DNA from: Vicinamibacterales bacterium
GTDB lineage: Bacteria > Acidobacteriota > Vicinamibacteria > Vicinamibacterales > SCN-69-37
Assembly (NCBI GenBank): GCA_035606665.1
Contig: DATNEY010000034.1
Span: 84,479-148,478, forward strand
Reading direction: 5' to 3'
Length of the DNA stretch: 64,000 nt
A program made the translations under genes and the position numbers. The stretch's first letter is position 1, and every line of letters begins with the position of its first letter. Below the pieces are notes generated by a model that saw only the letters and a list, made by a program, of their open reading frames with translations, had not been told where the DNA came from and did not search any database. This document shows positions 44,316 to 54,352 of the stretch, piece by piece.

Positions 44316-46763
44316 TTAGACGGTCGCCGCCAAACGACGGCCGTCCTCGGATTGTCCGGCCGCCCGCCACGCCAGGGTGCCGTGATCAAGGTAGATCTCG
44401 ACGCCGCCCTCCTGCAACTGGCCCCGGATGAGCTCCTCGGAGAGCGGGTCCTCTATGTAGCGCTGGATGGCGCGACGGAGCGGACGCGCGCCGTACGAAC
44501 GGTCCTTGCACGTCGCCTCGATGATCCAGTCGATCGCCTCGGGCTGGACGGAGATCTGCAGCCGGCGGTCGGCCAGATGCGTGTTGAGATTGTCGACGAG
44601 CAGGCCCGTAATCTTCCGCAGATCGTCGTCCGACAGCGGCTCGAACACGATGATCTCGTCGATGCGGTTGATGAACTCGGGATTGAACGTCTTCTTCACT
44701 TCGCCGAGCACCAGATCCGTGACTGACTTCTGGATCTCCTTGAGGTCGGCGGTCTGGAAGCCCATCGACGCCTTCTTCTGGATGAAGCGAGCGCCGATGT
44801 TCGACGTCATGATCAGAATCGTGTTCTTGAAGTTGACACGATTCCCGAGGCCGTCCGTCAGGTGCCCGTCCTCGAACACCTGCAACAGAATGTTGAAGAG
44901 ATCGGGATGCGCCTTCTCGATCTCGTCGAGCAGGACGACCGAGTACGGATTGCGTTTGATCTTCTCGGTGAGCTGCCCGCCCTCTTCATGGCCGACGTAA
45001 CCCGGGGGCGATCCGATGAGCTTCGACACCGAGTGCTTCTCCATGTACTCCGACATGTCGAAGCGGATGAGCGCGTGGTCGCTGCCGAACAGGAAGTTCG
45101 CGAGCGCGCGGGCGAGCTCCGTCTTGCCGACGCCGGTCGGGCCCAGAAACACGAAGCTGCCCACGGGCCGCGCGGGATTCTTGAGGCCGGCACGCGAACG
45201 GCGAATGGCGCGCGACAGCGCAGAGATCGCCTTCTCCTGGCTGATCACCCGGCGGTGCAGCTCGTCTTCCATGCGCAGAAGCTTGTTGCCCTCGTCCTCG
45301 TTGACCGACGTCAGCGGGACGCCCGTCCACTTGGAGACGACTTCGTCGATCTCCGGCTTGCCGATGACGATGCGGCTCGACGTGGACGGCACCTCGATCC
45401 GATCGCGAACGAGCTGCACGCTCTCACGTCCCTGAAGATCCGGATCGCGGTACAGCCAGGCCTTGTCGGGGCGGGGATCGTTCGGGTCCAGCGCCTCGCC
45501 GGGCGAGACCGTCACACGAACGGAACGGGCATCCTCGGTGGTCTGGGAAATCAGCTCGGCGTCCCGCAGCTTGGCCCTGGCACCCGCCTCGTCGATGAGG
45601 TCGATGGCCTTGTCCGGCAGGAACCGGTCCGTAATGTACCGGCTTGACTGATACACGGCCGCCTCGATGGCGTCCGCCGTGTATTCAACATGGTGGAAGG
45701 ACTCGTAGCGATCCTTGACGCCCAGCAGGACCTGGACGGTCTCCTTTTCGCTGGGTGGATCGACCTTGATCGCCTGGAAGCGGCGCTCGAGCGAACGGTC
45801 CTTCTCGATGTACTTGCGGTATTCAGCCGGCGTCGTCGCACCGATGCAGCGGATCTCGCCGCGCGACAGCGCCGGCTTCAGGATGTTCGCCGCATCGAGG
45901 GAGCCTTCCGCGGAGCCCGCGCCGACGAGGGTATGGAGCTCGTCGATGAACACGATGATGTTCGGGTTGTCCGTGAGCTCCTTCATGATTGCCTTGAGGC
46001 GCTCTTCGAACTGTCCGCGATACTTGGTCCCCGCGACGATCAGCGAGATGTCCAGCGCGAGGATCCGTTTGTCGGCCAGGAAGTGCGGCACGTCGCCGCA
46101 GACGATCTTCTGCGCGAGCCCCTCGACGATCGCGGTCTTGCCGACGCCGGGCTCGCCGATGAGGACCGCGTTGTTCTTCGTGCGGCGGCACAGCACCTGT
46201 TGAACGCGCTCGAGCTCGAGGTCGCGGCCCACCAGCGGATCGAGCTGGTTCTTCACCGCCGCGTCCGTCAGATCGCGGCTGAACTCCGCGAGGAGCGGTG
46301 TTTCCTTCGGGCGCGCCGGCGCGGTCTTCTCGTTGAGGAGCTGGACGATGTCCTCGCGCACGCTCGCGAGACGCATCCCCTTCTCGTACAGAATCGACGC
46401 GGCCACCGACCGCTCCTCGCGGAGCAGGCCCAGGAGCAGATGTTCGGTGCCGATGTAGGTGTGCAGCAGCCGGTCGGCTTCCTCCGCGGCGAACTGGAGG
46501 ACGCGCTTGGTGTCGGCGCTGAAGGGGATCTCGACGGACGTCGCGACCTTCTCGCGGAAGACCGTCCGGCCCTCAATCTCCTTGCGAATGCTGTCGAGTG
46601 ACAGGTGCGAACGCGCGAAAATCCGGCTCGTCAGCCCCTTGCCTTCACGGATCAGGCCGAGCAGCAAATGCTCGGTTTCGATGGACGTGCTGCCCATCTG
46701 GGTCGCTTCGTAGCGCGCGAAGAACAGCACCCGTCGCGCCCGTTCGGTATATCGCTCAAACAT
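44316..46763 (-). CDS. clpC: ClpA/ClpC-family AAA+ chaperone (Clp protease ATP-binding subunit)
   Basis: Clp_N repeats ([13 protein letters not shown]...TEHLLLGL twice) and two P-loops, [15 protein letters not shown] and [15 protein letters not shown]. Confidence 0.9.
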   Translation of the reverse strand: MFERYTERARRVLFFARYEATQMGSTSIETEHLLLGLIREGKGLTSRIFARSHLSLDSIRKEIEGRTVFREKVATSVEIPFSADTKRVLQFAAEEADRLLHTYIGTEHLLLGLLREERSVAASILYEKGMRLASVREDIVQLLNEKTAPARPKETPLLAEFSRDLTDAAVKNQLDPLVGRDLELERVQQVLCRRTKNNAVLIGEPGVGKTAIVEGLAQKIVCGDVPHFLADKRILALDISLIVAGTKYRGQFEERLKAIMKELTDNPNIIVFIDELHTLVGAGSAEGSLDAANILKPALSRGEIRCIGATTPAEYRKYIEKDRSLERRFQAIKVDPPSEKETVQVLLGVKDRYESFHHVEYTADAIEAAVYQSSRYITDRFLPDKAIDLIDEAGARAKLRDAELISQTTEDARSVRVTVSPGEALDPNDPRPDKAWLYRDPDLQGRESVQLVRDRIEVPSTSSRIVIGKPEIDEVVSKWTGVPLTSVNEDEGNKLLRMEDELHRRVISQEKAISALSRAIRRSRAGLKNPARPVGSFVFLGPTGVGKTELARALANFLFGSDHALIRFDMSEYMEKHSVSKLIGSPPGYVGHEEGGQLTEKIKRNPYSVVLLDEIEKAHPDLFNILLQVFEDGHLTDGLGNRVNFKNTILIMTSNIGARFIQKKASMGFQTADLKEIQKSVTDLVLGEVKKTFNPEFINRIDEIIVFEPLSDDDLRKITGLLVDNLNTHLADRRLQISVQPEAIDWIIEATCKDRSYGARPLRRAIQRYIEDPLSEELIRGQLQEGGVEIYLDHGTLAWRAAGQSEDGRRLAATV

Positions 46764-46810
46764 GAAAAGACCCGGGGATCCTCACCGCGTATCGGTCGAT
46801 CCCTGTCGGC

Positions 46811-46816
46811 ATTATA
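46811..46816 (-). promoter_or_regulatory. Possible -10 box (TATAAT) upstream of clpC
   Basis: A perfect TATAAT on the - strand lies 48 nt upstream of the clpC ATG and overlaps the lolD stop codon. I found no convincing -35. Confidence 0.25.
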
Positions 46817-47498
46817 CGGCAAGGCTATCGGCGCGCAGCCGCCCGCCTTCCAGCCGAAGCACGCGATCGCAGGCGGACGCGAGCGTCGAATTGTGCGTCG
46901 CGATGATCGATGTGAGGCCGTGCTCGCGGTGCATCTCGCGGAGAAGGTCGTGCAGTCCCGCGGCCGTGTGCTCGTCGAGGTTGCCCGTCGGTTCGTCCGC
47001 CAGCAGCAGCGACGGCTTGCGCACGAGCGCGCGCGCCACCGCGACGCGCTGCTGCTCCCCGCCCGACAGCGTTCCGGGCCGGTGCAGCGCGCGGCCGCGC
47101 AGCCCGACGCGGTCGAGCAGCTCCATTGCCTGCGACTCGCGGTCGCTCGTCGCGTGTCCCGCGATCCGCAGCGGCATCTCCACGTTCTCCACCGCCGAGA
47201 ACTCAGGCAGCAGATGATGAAACTGAAAGACGAATCCGACGTGCTGATTCCGGAATCGCACACGCGCGTCGTCATCCATCCGCCCGACGTCGGCGTCACC
47301 GATGCGGACCGTGCCGCCATCGAACGCATCGAGGCCGCCGAGGACATGAAGCAGCGTGCTCTTCCCGACGCCGGACGCGCCGACGATCGCCACCATCTCT
47401 CCCCGCTCGACCGCAAGATCCAGCTCCGTCAGAACGGCCAGCGCGCCGCCCGGACCGCGGTAGGACTTGATGAGCCCGGCCACCTCGACAAGCGCCAT
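46812..47498 (-). CDS. lolD: Lipoprotein-releasing ABC transporter ATP-binding protein LolD-like
   Basis: GASGVGKSTLLHVLGGLD, LSGGEQQRVAVARAL and LLLADEPTGNLD. Follows the LolC/E-type permease. The start is moved to ATG 47498. Confidence 0.85.
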   Translation of the reverse strand: MALVEVAGLIKSYRGPGGALAVLTELDLAVERGEMVAIVGASGVGKSTLLHVLGGLDAFDGGTVRIGDADVGRMDDDARVRFRNQHVGFVFQFHHLLPEFSAVENVEMPLRIAGHATSDRESQAMELLDRVGLRGRALHRPGTLSGGEQQRVAVARALVRKPSLLLADEPTGNLDEHTAAGLHDLLREMHREHGLTSIIATHNSTLASACDRVLRLEGGRLRADSLAV

Positions 47499-47500
47499 CG

Positions 47501-48730
47501 TTATTGATTCCTCAGCGCTTCGGCCGGATCGAGCCGTCCGGCCTGCCGCGACGGGTAGATCGTCGCCGCGAGGCACACGAGAAGGACCGACACGAAGACG
47601 ATGACCACGTCGAGCGGCTGCACGCGGAACGGCAGGTAGGCGATCTGGTAGACGTCGGCCGGAAGCTGAATCAGATGGTAGCGATCGGCGACGAAACACA
47701 CCACCAGGCCGAGCACGGTTCCGCCGAGGGTGCCGATCATCCCGATGGTGAGGCCTTGCAGGATGAACACCATGCGAATCGCGCGCGCCGTCGCGCCCAT
47801 CGTCCGAAGAATTGCGATGTCGCGGCTCTTCTCCATCACGAGGAGCACGAGGGACGCGACGATGTTGAGCGCCGCGACCATCACGATGAGTCCGATGGTC
47901 AGCGAAATGGCGAGCTTCTCGAGTTCGAGCGCCGAGTAAAGGGGCCCGTTCAGCTCGGTCCAGTCGTCGATGTCGTAGCCGTCGCCAAGCCGCGCCTGCA
48001 GTTCCTGATGCTTGCTGCGCGCCTGGCCGAGATCGGCGAGACGCAGCTGGATCAGGTCCGGTCCGGGCCGGCCGAGGGCGCGGGCCGCTGTGTCGAGTGT
48101 GACGAATGCCGCGGCGGTATCCGTCGCATAGAACCCGAATCTCGCCGTGCCGACGACTCGAAGCACGAGACTCATCGGCACGGGCCCCGAGGGCGTCACG
48201 ACCATGCGCGGCGTGATGAGGCTGACGAGATCACCTTCCGTCACGGCGAGCTCATGCGCCAGATCGGCGCCGAGGATGACACCGTCGCGCGCGAACTCCG
48301 GGCGCGTCGTCAGAGCGTCGAGACTACCCGTCTTGATCGCCCCACGAATGTCCGTGACGGCCGGCTCGAGCGCGGGATCGATGCCCTTCAACTGGACGTA
48401 AACGCCATCGGCCAGGCTGCCGTTCGACGACATCATGCCCTGTCCGGAGATGGCGGGCGCGGCCCCGGTCACGCCATCCACCTGCATCTGCTTGAGCTCC
48501 GCGGCGATGTCCTTGTAACCGTCGTGCTTGTAGACGTAAATGTGCGCCGTGGATCCGACGATCCGATCGCGCAACTCGCTCTGCACGCCCGTCATCAGCG
48601 CGAGCGCGATGATGAGCGCCATCACGCCGACGCCGATGCCGACGATGGAGACGGCGGAGATCAGGGAGATGAACGCCTGACGCCGCCGGGCGGTCAGATA
48701 GCGGCGGGCGACAAACCAGGCAAATGACAT
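47501..48730 (-). CDS. lolC: Lipoprotein-releasing system permease LolC/LolE (FtsX/MacB-type)
   Basis: MSFAWFVARRYLTARRRQAFISLISAVSIVGIGVGVMALI..., a large periplasmic domain, and a C-terminal FtsX-like 3-TM bundle. Confidence 0.85.
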   Translation of the reverse strand: MSFAWFVARRYLTARRRQAFISLISAVSIVGIGVGVMALIIALALMTGVQSELRDRIVGSTAHIYVYKHDGYKDIAAELKQMQVDGVTGAAPAISGQGMMSSNGSLADGVYVQLKGIDPALEPAVTDIRGAIKTGSLDALTTRPEFARDGVILGADLAHELAVTEGDLVSLITPRMVVTPSGPVPMSLVLRVVGTARFGFYATDTAAAFVTLDTAARALGRPGPDLIQLRLADLGQARSKHQELQARLGDGYDIDDWTELNGPLYSALELEKLAISLTIGLIVMVAALNIVASLVLLVMEKSRDIAILRTMGATARAIRMVFILQGLTIGMIGTLGGTVLGLVVCFVADRYHLIQLPADVYQIAYLPFRVQPLDVVIVFVSVLLVCLAATIYPSRQAGRLDPAEALRNQ

Positions 48731-48743
48731 CAAGGACGCTCGT

Positions 48744-48790
48744 ATCGATCCATCGATCTATCGATCCATTTACTCATTGATTGACGGATC
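48744..48790. repeat. ATCGATCY / GATTGAC octad element (copy 2)
   Basis: ATCGATCC ATCGATCT ATCGATCC AT followed by TTACTCATTGATTGACGGATC. The second part encodes the last residues (DPSINE) and the stop of lysS. Confidence 0.65.
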
Positions 48791-50302
48791 TGGCTCAGAT
48801 CCGTCCTTTCGTGGCCGCATCAGCGGAAACAGAATGACGTCACGGATCGACGGGCTGTTCGTCAGCAGCATGACGAGACGGTCGATGCCGATGCCCTCCC
48901 CGCCGGTCGGTGGCAGGCCGTATTCGAGCGCGCGGATGTAGTCCTCGTCCATGCCGTGCGCTTCGGCGTCACCGGCGGCGCGATCCTTGAGCTGCGCTTC
49001 GAAACGGCGGCGCTGCTCGACCGGGTCGTTCAACTCACTGAAGCCGTTCGCGACTTCGAATCCACCGGCATAGAGTTCGAACCGTTCGACCGTGTCCGGA
49101 TCGTCGGGACGCTGCTTCGAAAGCGGCGAGACCTCGGTCGGAAAGTCGTAGACGAACGTCGGCTGAATGAGCCGGTCCTCCCAGAGCGCCTCGAAGATGG
49201 TCGTCGCAATCTTGCCGGCGCCGTGCGAAGGCTGGACTTCGAGGTGAAGCGCCCGGGCGACCTCCGCCGCCTTGGCGCGATCGCGCAGGTCGTCCTCGGC
49301 GATCGTCCTTCCCAGCCGTTCCGATGCGGCCTCTGCGGCCGAGGCGCGGAGCGGCAACCGGCGGTACGGCGCGGCCAGTGAGAGTTGATGACCGCCGAAG
49401 GTCACAGCGAGGCCGCCCGCCGCCTCCATCGCCACCGTCGTCAACATCTCTTCGGTGAGACGCATCAGGTGCTGGTAGTCCACGTACGCCTCGTAGAACT
49501 CGAGCATCGTGAACTCGGGATTGTGCTGCGTGGAAATGCCCTCGTTACGGAAGTTACGGTTGATCTCGTACACCCGCTCCATGCCACCGACCGTGAGCCG
49601 CTTCAGGTACAGCTCGGGCGCGATGCGCAGGTAGAGGTCCAGGTCGAGGGCGTTGTGGTGCGTCGTGAACGGCCGCGCCAGGGCTCCGCCGGCCATCGGC
49701 TGCATCATCGGCGTCTCGACCTCGAGGAATCCCCGATCATTGAGGAAGCGCCGTATGCCGGCAACCACTCTCGCGCGGGTTTCGAAGACCTTGCGCGAGT
49801 CGGGGTTCACGATGAGGTCGAGGTAGCGCTGGCGGTAGCGGATCTCCACATCCGTCAGGCCATGCCACTTCTCAGGCAGGGGAACGAGGCACTTCGCCAG
49901 GAAGTGAATCCGAGAGGCCCAAATCGTCAGTTCGTTCGTCTTGGTCCGGAACAGTCTGCCTTCGACGCCAATCTGGTCTCCCAGGTCGAGGTGGCGATAG
50001 ATCTGGAAATCCAGCTCCGGTACGGAATCGGCGCGGACGTAGACCTGCAGGCGCTCGAGTCCATCCGAGAGCACAAGGAAGTTGGCCTTGCCGAACGCGC
50101 GCATGCCGACGATGCGGCCGGCTGCGCGTACCTGAACGTGCGACGCTTCGAGCGCGTCGCCGGCGGCTTCGCCGTGAGCGGCTTTGATGGACGACACCGT
50201 ATCGGTGCGATCGAACTGGTTGGGATACCGGGCCACGCCCAGATTGGCGAGCTCGTTCAACTTCGCCTGGCGTTGCGCAATCTGCTCAGCTTCATTCGAC
50301 AT
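48770..50302 (-). CDS. lysS: Lysine--tRNA ligase (class II)
   Basis: OB-fold N-terminal part, [10 protein letters not shown] (motif 2 region), ...RNEGIS..., and C-terminal ...[15 protein letters not shown]. Confidence 0.95.
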   Translation of the reverse strand: MSNEAEQIAQRQAKLNELANLGVARYPNQFDRTDTVSSIKAAHGEAAGDALEASHVQVRAAGRIVGMRAFGKANFLVLSDGLERLQVYVRADSVPELDFQIYRHLDLGDQIGVEGRLFRTKTNELTIWASRIHFLAKCLVPLPEKWHGLTDVEIRYRQRYLDLIVNPDSRKVFETRARVVAGIRRFLNDRGFLEVETPMMQPMAGGALARPFTTHHNALDLDLYLRIAPELYLKRLTVGGMERVYEINRNFRNEGISTQHNPEFTMLEFYEAYVDYQHLMRLTEEMLTTVAMEAAGGLAVTFGGHQLSLAAPYRRLPLRASAAEAASERLGRTIAEDDLRDRAKAAEVARALHLEVQPSHGAGKIATTIFEALWEDRLIQPTFVYDFPTEVSPLSKQRPDDPDTVERFELYAGGFEVANGFSELNDPVEQRRRFEAQLKDRAAGDAEAHGMDEDYIRALEYGLPPTGGEGIGIDRLVMLLTNSPSIRDVILFPLMRPRKDGSEPDPSINE

Positions 50303-50317
50303 GACGCGTCATTGATT

Positions 50318-50758
50318 CTATGTCGGGGGTCGTGGCGCTCCATCCGGAGCGAGGGCCTTCCGGATCGCGTCGAGGACGCCGTTCACGAACCGGACGGAGT
50401 CGTCGGCGCTGAACGTCCGCGCCAGTTCGAGCGCCTCGTTGAGCACCACGGCGGGCGGTGTATCGGTCGCGTTCTTGAGTTCCCACGCCGCCATCCGCAG
50501 GATCAATCGATCGATCACGGCCAGACGCTCGATGCGCCAGTGCTCCGAATGCTGCTGGATCAGCGCGTCGAGCGCGTCGATCTCACTTGTCGTGCCGATC
50601 ACGAGCGCGCGCGCGAACGCCCGCACCGGCTCGGCGGCGTCAGGACGGTGCTCCTGAAAGTAGGTGGCGAGCGCGGTGGCCACGTCCGTCCCGCCGACCT
50701 CCCAGAGGTAGAGGGCCTGCAACGCGGCTTCGCGAGCCTGGTGACGCGGACTCTTCAT
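50318..50758 (-). CDS. nusB: Transcription antitermination factor NusB
   Basis: RHQAREAALQALYLWEVGG...LAVIDRLILRMAAWEL...NEALELAR. Confidence 0.92.
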   Translation of the reverse strand: MKSPRHQAREAALQALYLWEVGGTDVATALATYFQEHRPDAAEPVRAFARALVIGTTSEIDALDALIQQHSEHWRIERLAVIDRLILRMAAWELKNATDTPPAVVLNEALELARTFSADDSVRFVNGVLDAIRKALAPDGAPRPPT

Positions 50759-50785
50759 CAACTGTCCTTGAACGGCGCTGCCCGG

Positions 50786-51220
50786 CTAACGGCGATCGAT
50801 GCGCTCGTACAGCGCAATCATGGCCAGTACCGCCGCGGCGGCCTCGCGGCCTTTGTTCGAGGGGCCATCACCCGCGCGCGCCAGGGCCTCCTCGGCGGTG
50901 TTGGTCGTGAGCAGGCCGAAGCCCACGGGCACGCCGGTTTCCTGAGAGGCGCGCATGATGCCATTGGACGCCGCATGCGCGATGTAGTCGAAGTGCGGCG
51001 TCTCGCCGCGAATGAGACATCCAAGGCACACGATACCCTGCCACTCCATCGTCGACGCCAGCCGGTGCGCGGCCTGCGCGAGCTCGTAGGCACCAGGCAC
51101 CGCGAACGCGATGACGCCGGCGTCTGGCACACCCGCTTCCTTCAAGGCGGCGCGCGCGCCGGCTTCGAGACGCGACGTCACGAAGTCGTGGTACTGCGAA
51201 ACGACCAGGGCGATGCGCAC
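50786..51220 (-). CDS. ribH: 6,7-dimethyl-8-ribityllumazine synthase
   Basis: ...VPGAYELAQAA...GCLIRGETPHFDYIAHA...VGFGLLT.... Shows the classical ribH-nusB adjacency. Confidence 0.92.
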   Translation of the reverse strand: MRIALVVSQYHDFVTSRLEAGARAALKEAGVPDAGVIAFAVPGAYELAQAAHRLASTMEWQGIVCLGCLIRGETPHFDYIAHAASNGIMRASQETGVPVGFGLLTTNTAEEALARAGDGPSNKGREAAAAVLAMIALYERIDRR

Positions 51221-51223
51221 CTT

Positions 51224-52006
51224 CTATCGGCCCTTGAACACCGGCTTGCGCTTCTCGAGAAATGCCTTCGTGCCCTCGCGCATGTCTTCGGTCGTCGCGA
51301 TGAGACCGAACAGCGTCGCTTCGTAGGTCTCGGCGTCGGCGAATGACATCTCGAGGCCGCCGGCGACGACATCAAGGATGTAGCGCACGGCGACCGGTGC
51401 TTTGGCCGCCAGCGTCTGCGCGAGCGCGCGCGCCTGCGTCATGAGCTCGGCGCCCGGGACCACTTTGTTCACCAGACCGATGCGATGGGCCTCTTGAGCG
51501 TCAATCGGCGCGCCGGTCAGCAGCAGTTCGAGCGCGCGTCCGCGACCGACAAGCCTTGGCAACCGCTGCGAACCGGCGTAACCGGGAATCAGACCGAGAT
51601 TGATCTCCGGCTGGCCGAACTTCGCACTGTCCGCGGCGACGCGGATCGTGCACGCCATGGCCAGCTCACAGCCGCCGCCGAGCGCGAAGCCGTTGACCGC
51701 GGCGATGACGGGTTTGCCGAGCGACTCGATGCGGTCGAACACAGCCTGCCCGGATCTGGCGTGCTCGCGCCCGCTCACGGGCGACTGCACGGCGAGCTCG
51801 TTGATATCCGCGCCTGCGACGAAGGACTTCTCCCCCGCGCCGGTGAGCACAATCGCACGCACGCCGTCGTCTGCCCGGGCCTCGGCCATCGCCCGGTCGA
51901 GCTCGTTCACGGTCGCGGTGTTGAGCGCGTTCAGCTTGTCGGGACGGTTGATCGTGACGACGAGCACGGCGCCGTCGCGCTCGGTCAACAGATTCTCGTA
52001 GGCCAT
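51224..52006 (-). CDS. Enoyl-CoA hydratase/isomerase (crotonase) family protein
   Basis: LVVTINRPDKLNALN...FVAGADI...AAVNGFALGGGCELAMAC. Confidence 0.9.
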   Translation of the reverse strand: MAYENLLTERDGAVLVVTINRPDKLNALNTATVNELDRAMAEARADDGVRAIVLTGAGEKSFVAGADINELAVQSPVSGREHARSGQAVFDRIESLGKPVIAAVNGFALGGGCELAMACTIRVAADSAKFGQPEINLGLIPGYAGSQRLPRLVGRGRALELLLTGAPIDAQEAHRIGLVNKVVPGAELMTQARALAQTLAAKAPVAVRYILDVVAGGLEMSFADAETYEATLFGLIATTEDMREGTKAFLEKRKPVFKGR

Positions 52007-52016
52007 AACCGGATAA

Positions 52017-52400
52017 TTATACGTTGCGGGCCCGGCGGCGCCGCGCGAGCGCGATGCGCATCACGAGCAGCACGGCGAACGCCGCACCGGCAGTGTCGGC
52101 CGCCCAATCAAGCGCATCCGGTGTGCGATTGCTGACGAACGACTGATGGAATTCGTCCGTGATGCCGTAGGCCGAACTGAAGAGCAACGCCCGCCACGCG
52201 AGGGCGCCGCGCACGTGCTCCCACTTCGCGCCCGCAAGCGCGCGCAGGACGAGCGCTGCGAGCAGGGCGTATCCAATGGCGTGCCCGCTGTAACTCGAGA
52301 GGCCGCCGGGGAGGTGAGGAAGGCCCGACCGGCTCGACAGATAGAAGATCGCCGCCATCTGTGCGGCCGCCGGCCCCCAGTGCCAAAACCAGGACCGCAC
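52017..52400 (-). CDS. VanZ-family membrane protein
   Basis: 4 TM segments and the ITDEFHQSFVSNR motif. Confidence 0.7.
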   Translation of the reverse strand: MRSWFWHWGPAAAQMAAIFYLSSRSGLPHLPGGLSSYSGHAIGYALLAALVLRALAGAKWEHVRGALAWRALLFSSAYGITDEFHQSFVSNRTPDALDWAADTAGAAFAVLLVMRIALARRRRARNV

Positions 52401-52404
52401 GTGT

Positions 52405-52572
52405 TCAGAACGCGAAGTACATGAGCCAGCCGACCGCGTAGGCGCCGAGCGTCAGCGCGCCGAAGATCCGCGCGCCCACCTTGAGCTGTTCGCGCGCGTC
52501 GTCACGCAGCAATGTTCCGAACACCGCGGACACGCACGCCGCGAACAACGCCATGACGCCCAGATGCGTCAT
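52405..52572 (-). CDS. Small 2-TM membrane protein (55 aa)
   Basis: MTHLGVMALFAACVSAVFGTLL...ALTLGAYAVGWLMYFAF. The ATG overlaps the upstream stop (ATGA). Confidence 0.45.
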   Translation of the reverse strand: MTHLGVMALFAACVSAVFGTLLRDDAREQLKVGARIFGALTLGAYAVGWLMYFAF

Positions 52573-52937
52573 CGCGCGGATCCCCTGGCCCTGTCGAACG
52601 CGTCGAGCGCGACGAGAATGTTGAGCAGACCGGCGACGATCAGGAACGTATTGCCGTACTCGTAGCTGATCGCCGTGACGTGTCCGGCGCCGGCGCCGGC
52701 CATCGCGGCGAGTGCGCGCGGCACGAGGATGGCCCATTGAGTGCCCGCGCCGAGGAACACGAGCGGGTCAGCCGCATCGAAGACGAAGAGCTGGCCGCCG
52801 AAAGCCAGGCCGGTCGCGAACATGCCGGCCAGTACGACGAGGAACACGACGGCCTTGCGAACCTGACCCACGAGAAAGTGACCGGCGCCAGGCACGCACC
52901 ACGCAGCGATGAATGTCAGAGCAGGATTCGGCTGCAT
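52569..52937 (-). CDS. Membrane protein, unknown function
   Basis: MQPNPALTFIAAWCVPGAGHFLVGQVRKAVVFLVVLAG... with several TM helices. The start is uncertain (ATG 52937 or 52985). Confidence 0.5.
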   Translation of the reverse strand: MQPNPALTFIAAWCVPGAGHFLVGQVRKAVVFLVVLAGMFATGLAFGGQLFVFDAADPLVFLGAGTQWAILVPRALAAMAGAGAGHVTAISYEYGNTFLIVAGLLNILVALDAFDRARGSAR

Positions 52938-52950
52938 CTCGGTCAGCAGT

Positions 52951-53394
52951 TTACTCGATGGCGGTTTCCGGTCCGCGCGCGGCACGGACGATCACCCATG
53001 CGAGCGCTGCGCCGAGCGGCAGCGCCGCCACGAATCGCGACACGGACGACACGGAGATCAGCCCCAGGTGTTCGACGGCAAACGTGATGGCCGTCGCGGC
53101 GGATGCCACGGCAAGCATCGTGAGATCCCGGCGCCGCCGCAGACCGCCTTTCACCAGGAACGCGGCGAGCGCACCGATCGGCGCTGTCAGGTACAAACCG
53201 CTGCATCTCGCACAGACCGGCCACTTCGTATGGCTCGTATGAAAGGACCGATCGTCCCGTTGATGGCACACGCCGGCGCCCGCCGTGTAGGCGGCGATGG
53301 CCAGCCACGATCCAGGCTGCCTGGCCTGCGCGATCGCGCCGGCGGCCAGGAATGCCGGCCAGGCCACTGACGCCGCGACAAGAACCTTGATCAC
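52951..53394 (-). CDS. DUF2085-family membrane protein
   Basis: VCHQRDDRSFHTSHTKWPVCARCSGLYL matches the CHQ...SF...CARC.G.Y pattern of DUF2085. Confidence 0.65.
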   Translation of the reverse strand: MIKVLVAASVAWPAFLAAGAIAQARQPGSWLAIAAYTAGAGVCHQRDDRSFHTSHTKWPVCARCSGLYLTAPIGALAAFLVKGGLRRRRDLTMLAVASAATAITFAVEHLGLISVSSVSRFVAALPLGAALAWVIVRAARGPETAIE

Positions 53395-53400
53395 AATCAG

Positions 53401-54345
53401 TTACAGCGCAAGCGCTCCGAAGTGCTGCTCGTAGCGCGCGCGGAACTCCGCCCACGTGTAGGCGTGACTCTGGCCGCCCAGGTGTTCGAGCGCGTACGTC
53501 GCCGCGACGCTGCCAAGCCGCGCGCACACTTCCAGGGGCGCACCGGCCGCAAGGCCCTTCATGAGGCCGCCCCGGAATGCATCACCGACTCCGGTCGGAT
53601 CCTCAATGCGCGCCGGCGCGACGGCCGGCACATCGATGCGATCAGTCCGATCGGCGCCATGCATCACCGACGAACCGTGCTCTCCGCGCGTGACGACGAG
53701 GTGCCGGGCTTGCCGTAAGATGTCGGCCTCGCCCAGTCCGGTTTTCTCCCGGATGAGTTCCAGCTCGTAGTCGTTGCAGATCACGATGTAGGCGCCGGCG
53801 ATCCCCTCGGCAAGCTCGGGGCCGCTCATGCGGGCGCACTGCTGACCGGGGTCGTAAATGAAACGGATCCCGAGCGTCCGGCATTCCTCGACGTACTGCG
53901 TCATCGCCGCGGGATCGTTCGGCGACACGATCACGAGGTCCACCGGGCCGGCCGTGCGGAACGACAGCTCGGCGGCGTGGGCCATCGCGCCGGTGTAGAA
54001 CGACGCGATCTGATTGTTCGCGTTGTCCGTGCTGCAAAAGAACGACGCCGTGAACTTGTCCGGCACGTCCTTGACGAGCGACGTGTCCACGCCGGCGGCC
54101 TCGAGCCAGCGGCGGTACTCGCCGAAGTCCTGGCCGGCCGTGCCCATCAGCAGCGGCCGCTCGCCAAGCAGCGCCAGCGTGTACGCGATATTGGGCGCGC
54201 AACCCCCGCGCCGCTTGTCCATCGTGTCGACGAGAAAGCTCAGGCTGACTCGGGAGAAATGTTCCGGGAGGAAGTGATCCGTGAACTTCCCCGGAAACGA
54301 CATCAGGTAGTCGAACGCAATCGATCCGGTGACAACGAGACGCAT
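53401..54345 (-). CDS. PfkB-family sugar/nucleoside kinase (adenosine kinase-like)
   Basis: ...GGCAPNIAYTLALLG... and C-terminal DPTGVGDAFRGG (PfkB signature 2). Adjacent to MTAP. Confidence 0.8.
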   Translation of the reverse strand: MRLVVTGSIAFDYLMSFPGKFTDHFLPEHFSRVSLSFLVDTMDKRRGGCAPNIAYTLALLGERPLLMGTAGQDFGEYRRWLEAAGVDTSLVKDVPDKFTASFFCSTDNANNQIASFYTGAMAHAAELSFRTAGPVDLVIVSPNDPAAMTQYVEECRTLGIRFIYDPGQQCARMSGPELAEGIAGAYIVICNDYELELIREKTGLGEADILRQARHLVVTRGEHGSSVMHGADRTDRIDVPAVAPARIEDPTGVGDAFRGGLMKGLAAGAPLEVCARLGSVAATYALEHLGGQSHAYTWAEFRARYEQHFGALAL

Positions 54346-54352
54346 GTATTCC

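Noticed and set aside
50786-51223. Search for an FMN riboswitch upstream of ribH, and for CIRCE (TTAGCACTC-N9-GAGTGCTAA) or HAIR (CTTGAGT-N7-ACTCAAG) operators near clpC, dnaJ and hspR.
   Set aside because: ribH starts 3 nt after the crotonase stop, leaving no room for a leader. I found no CIRCE or HAIR match by eye. The only CTTGAGT (about 5156, inside holA) has no inverted partner. The dnaJ promoter region lies outside the window.
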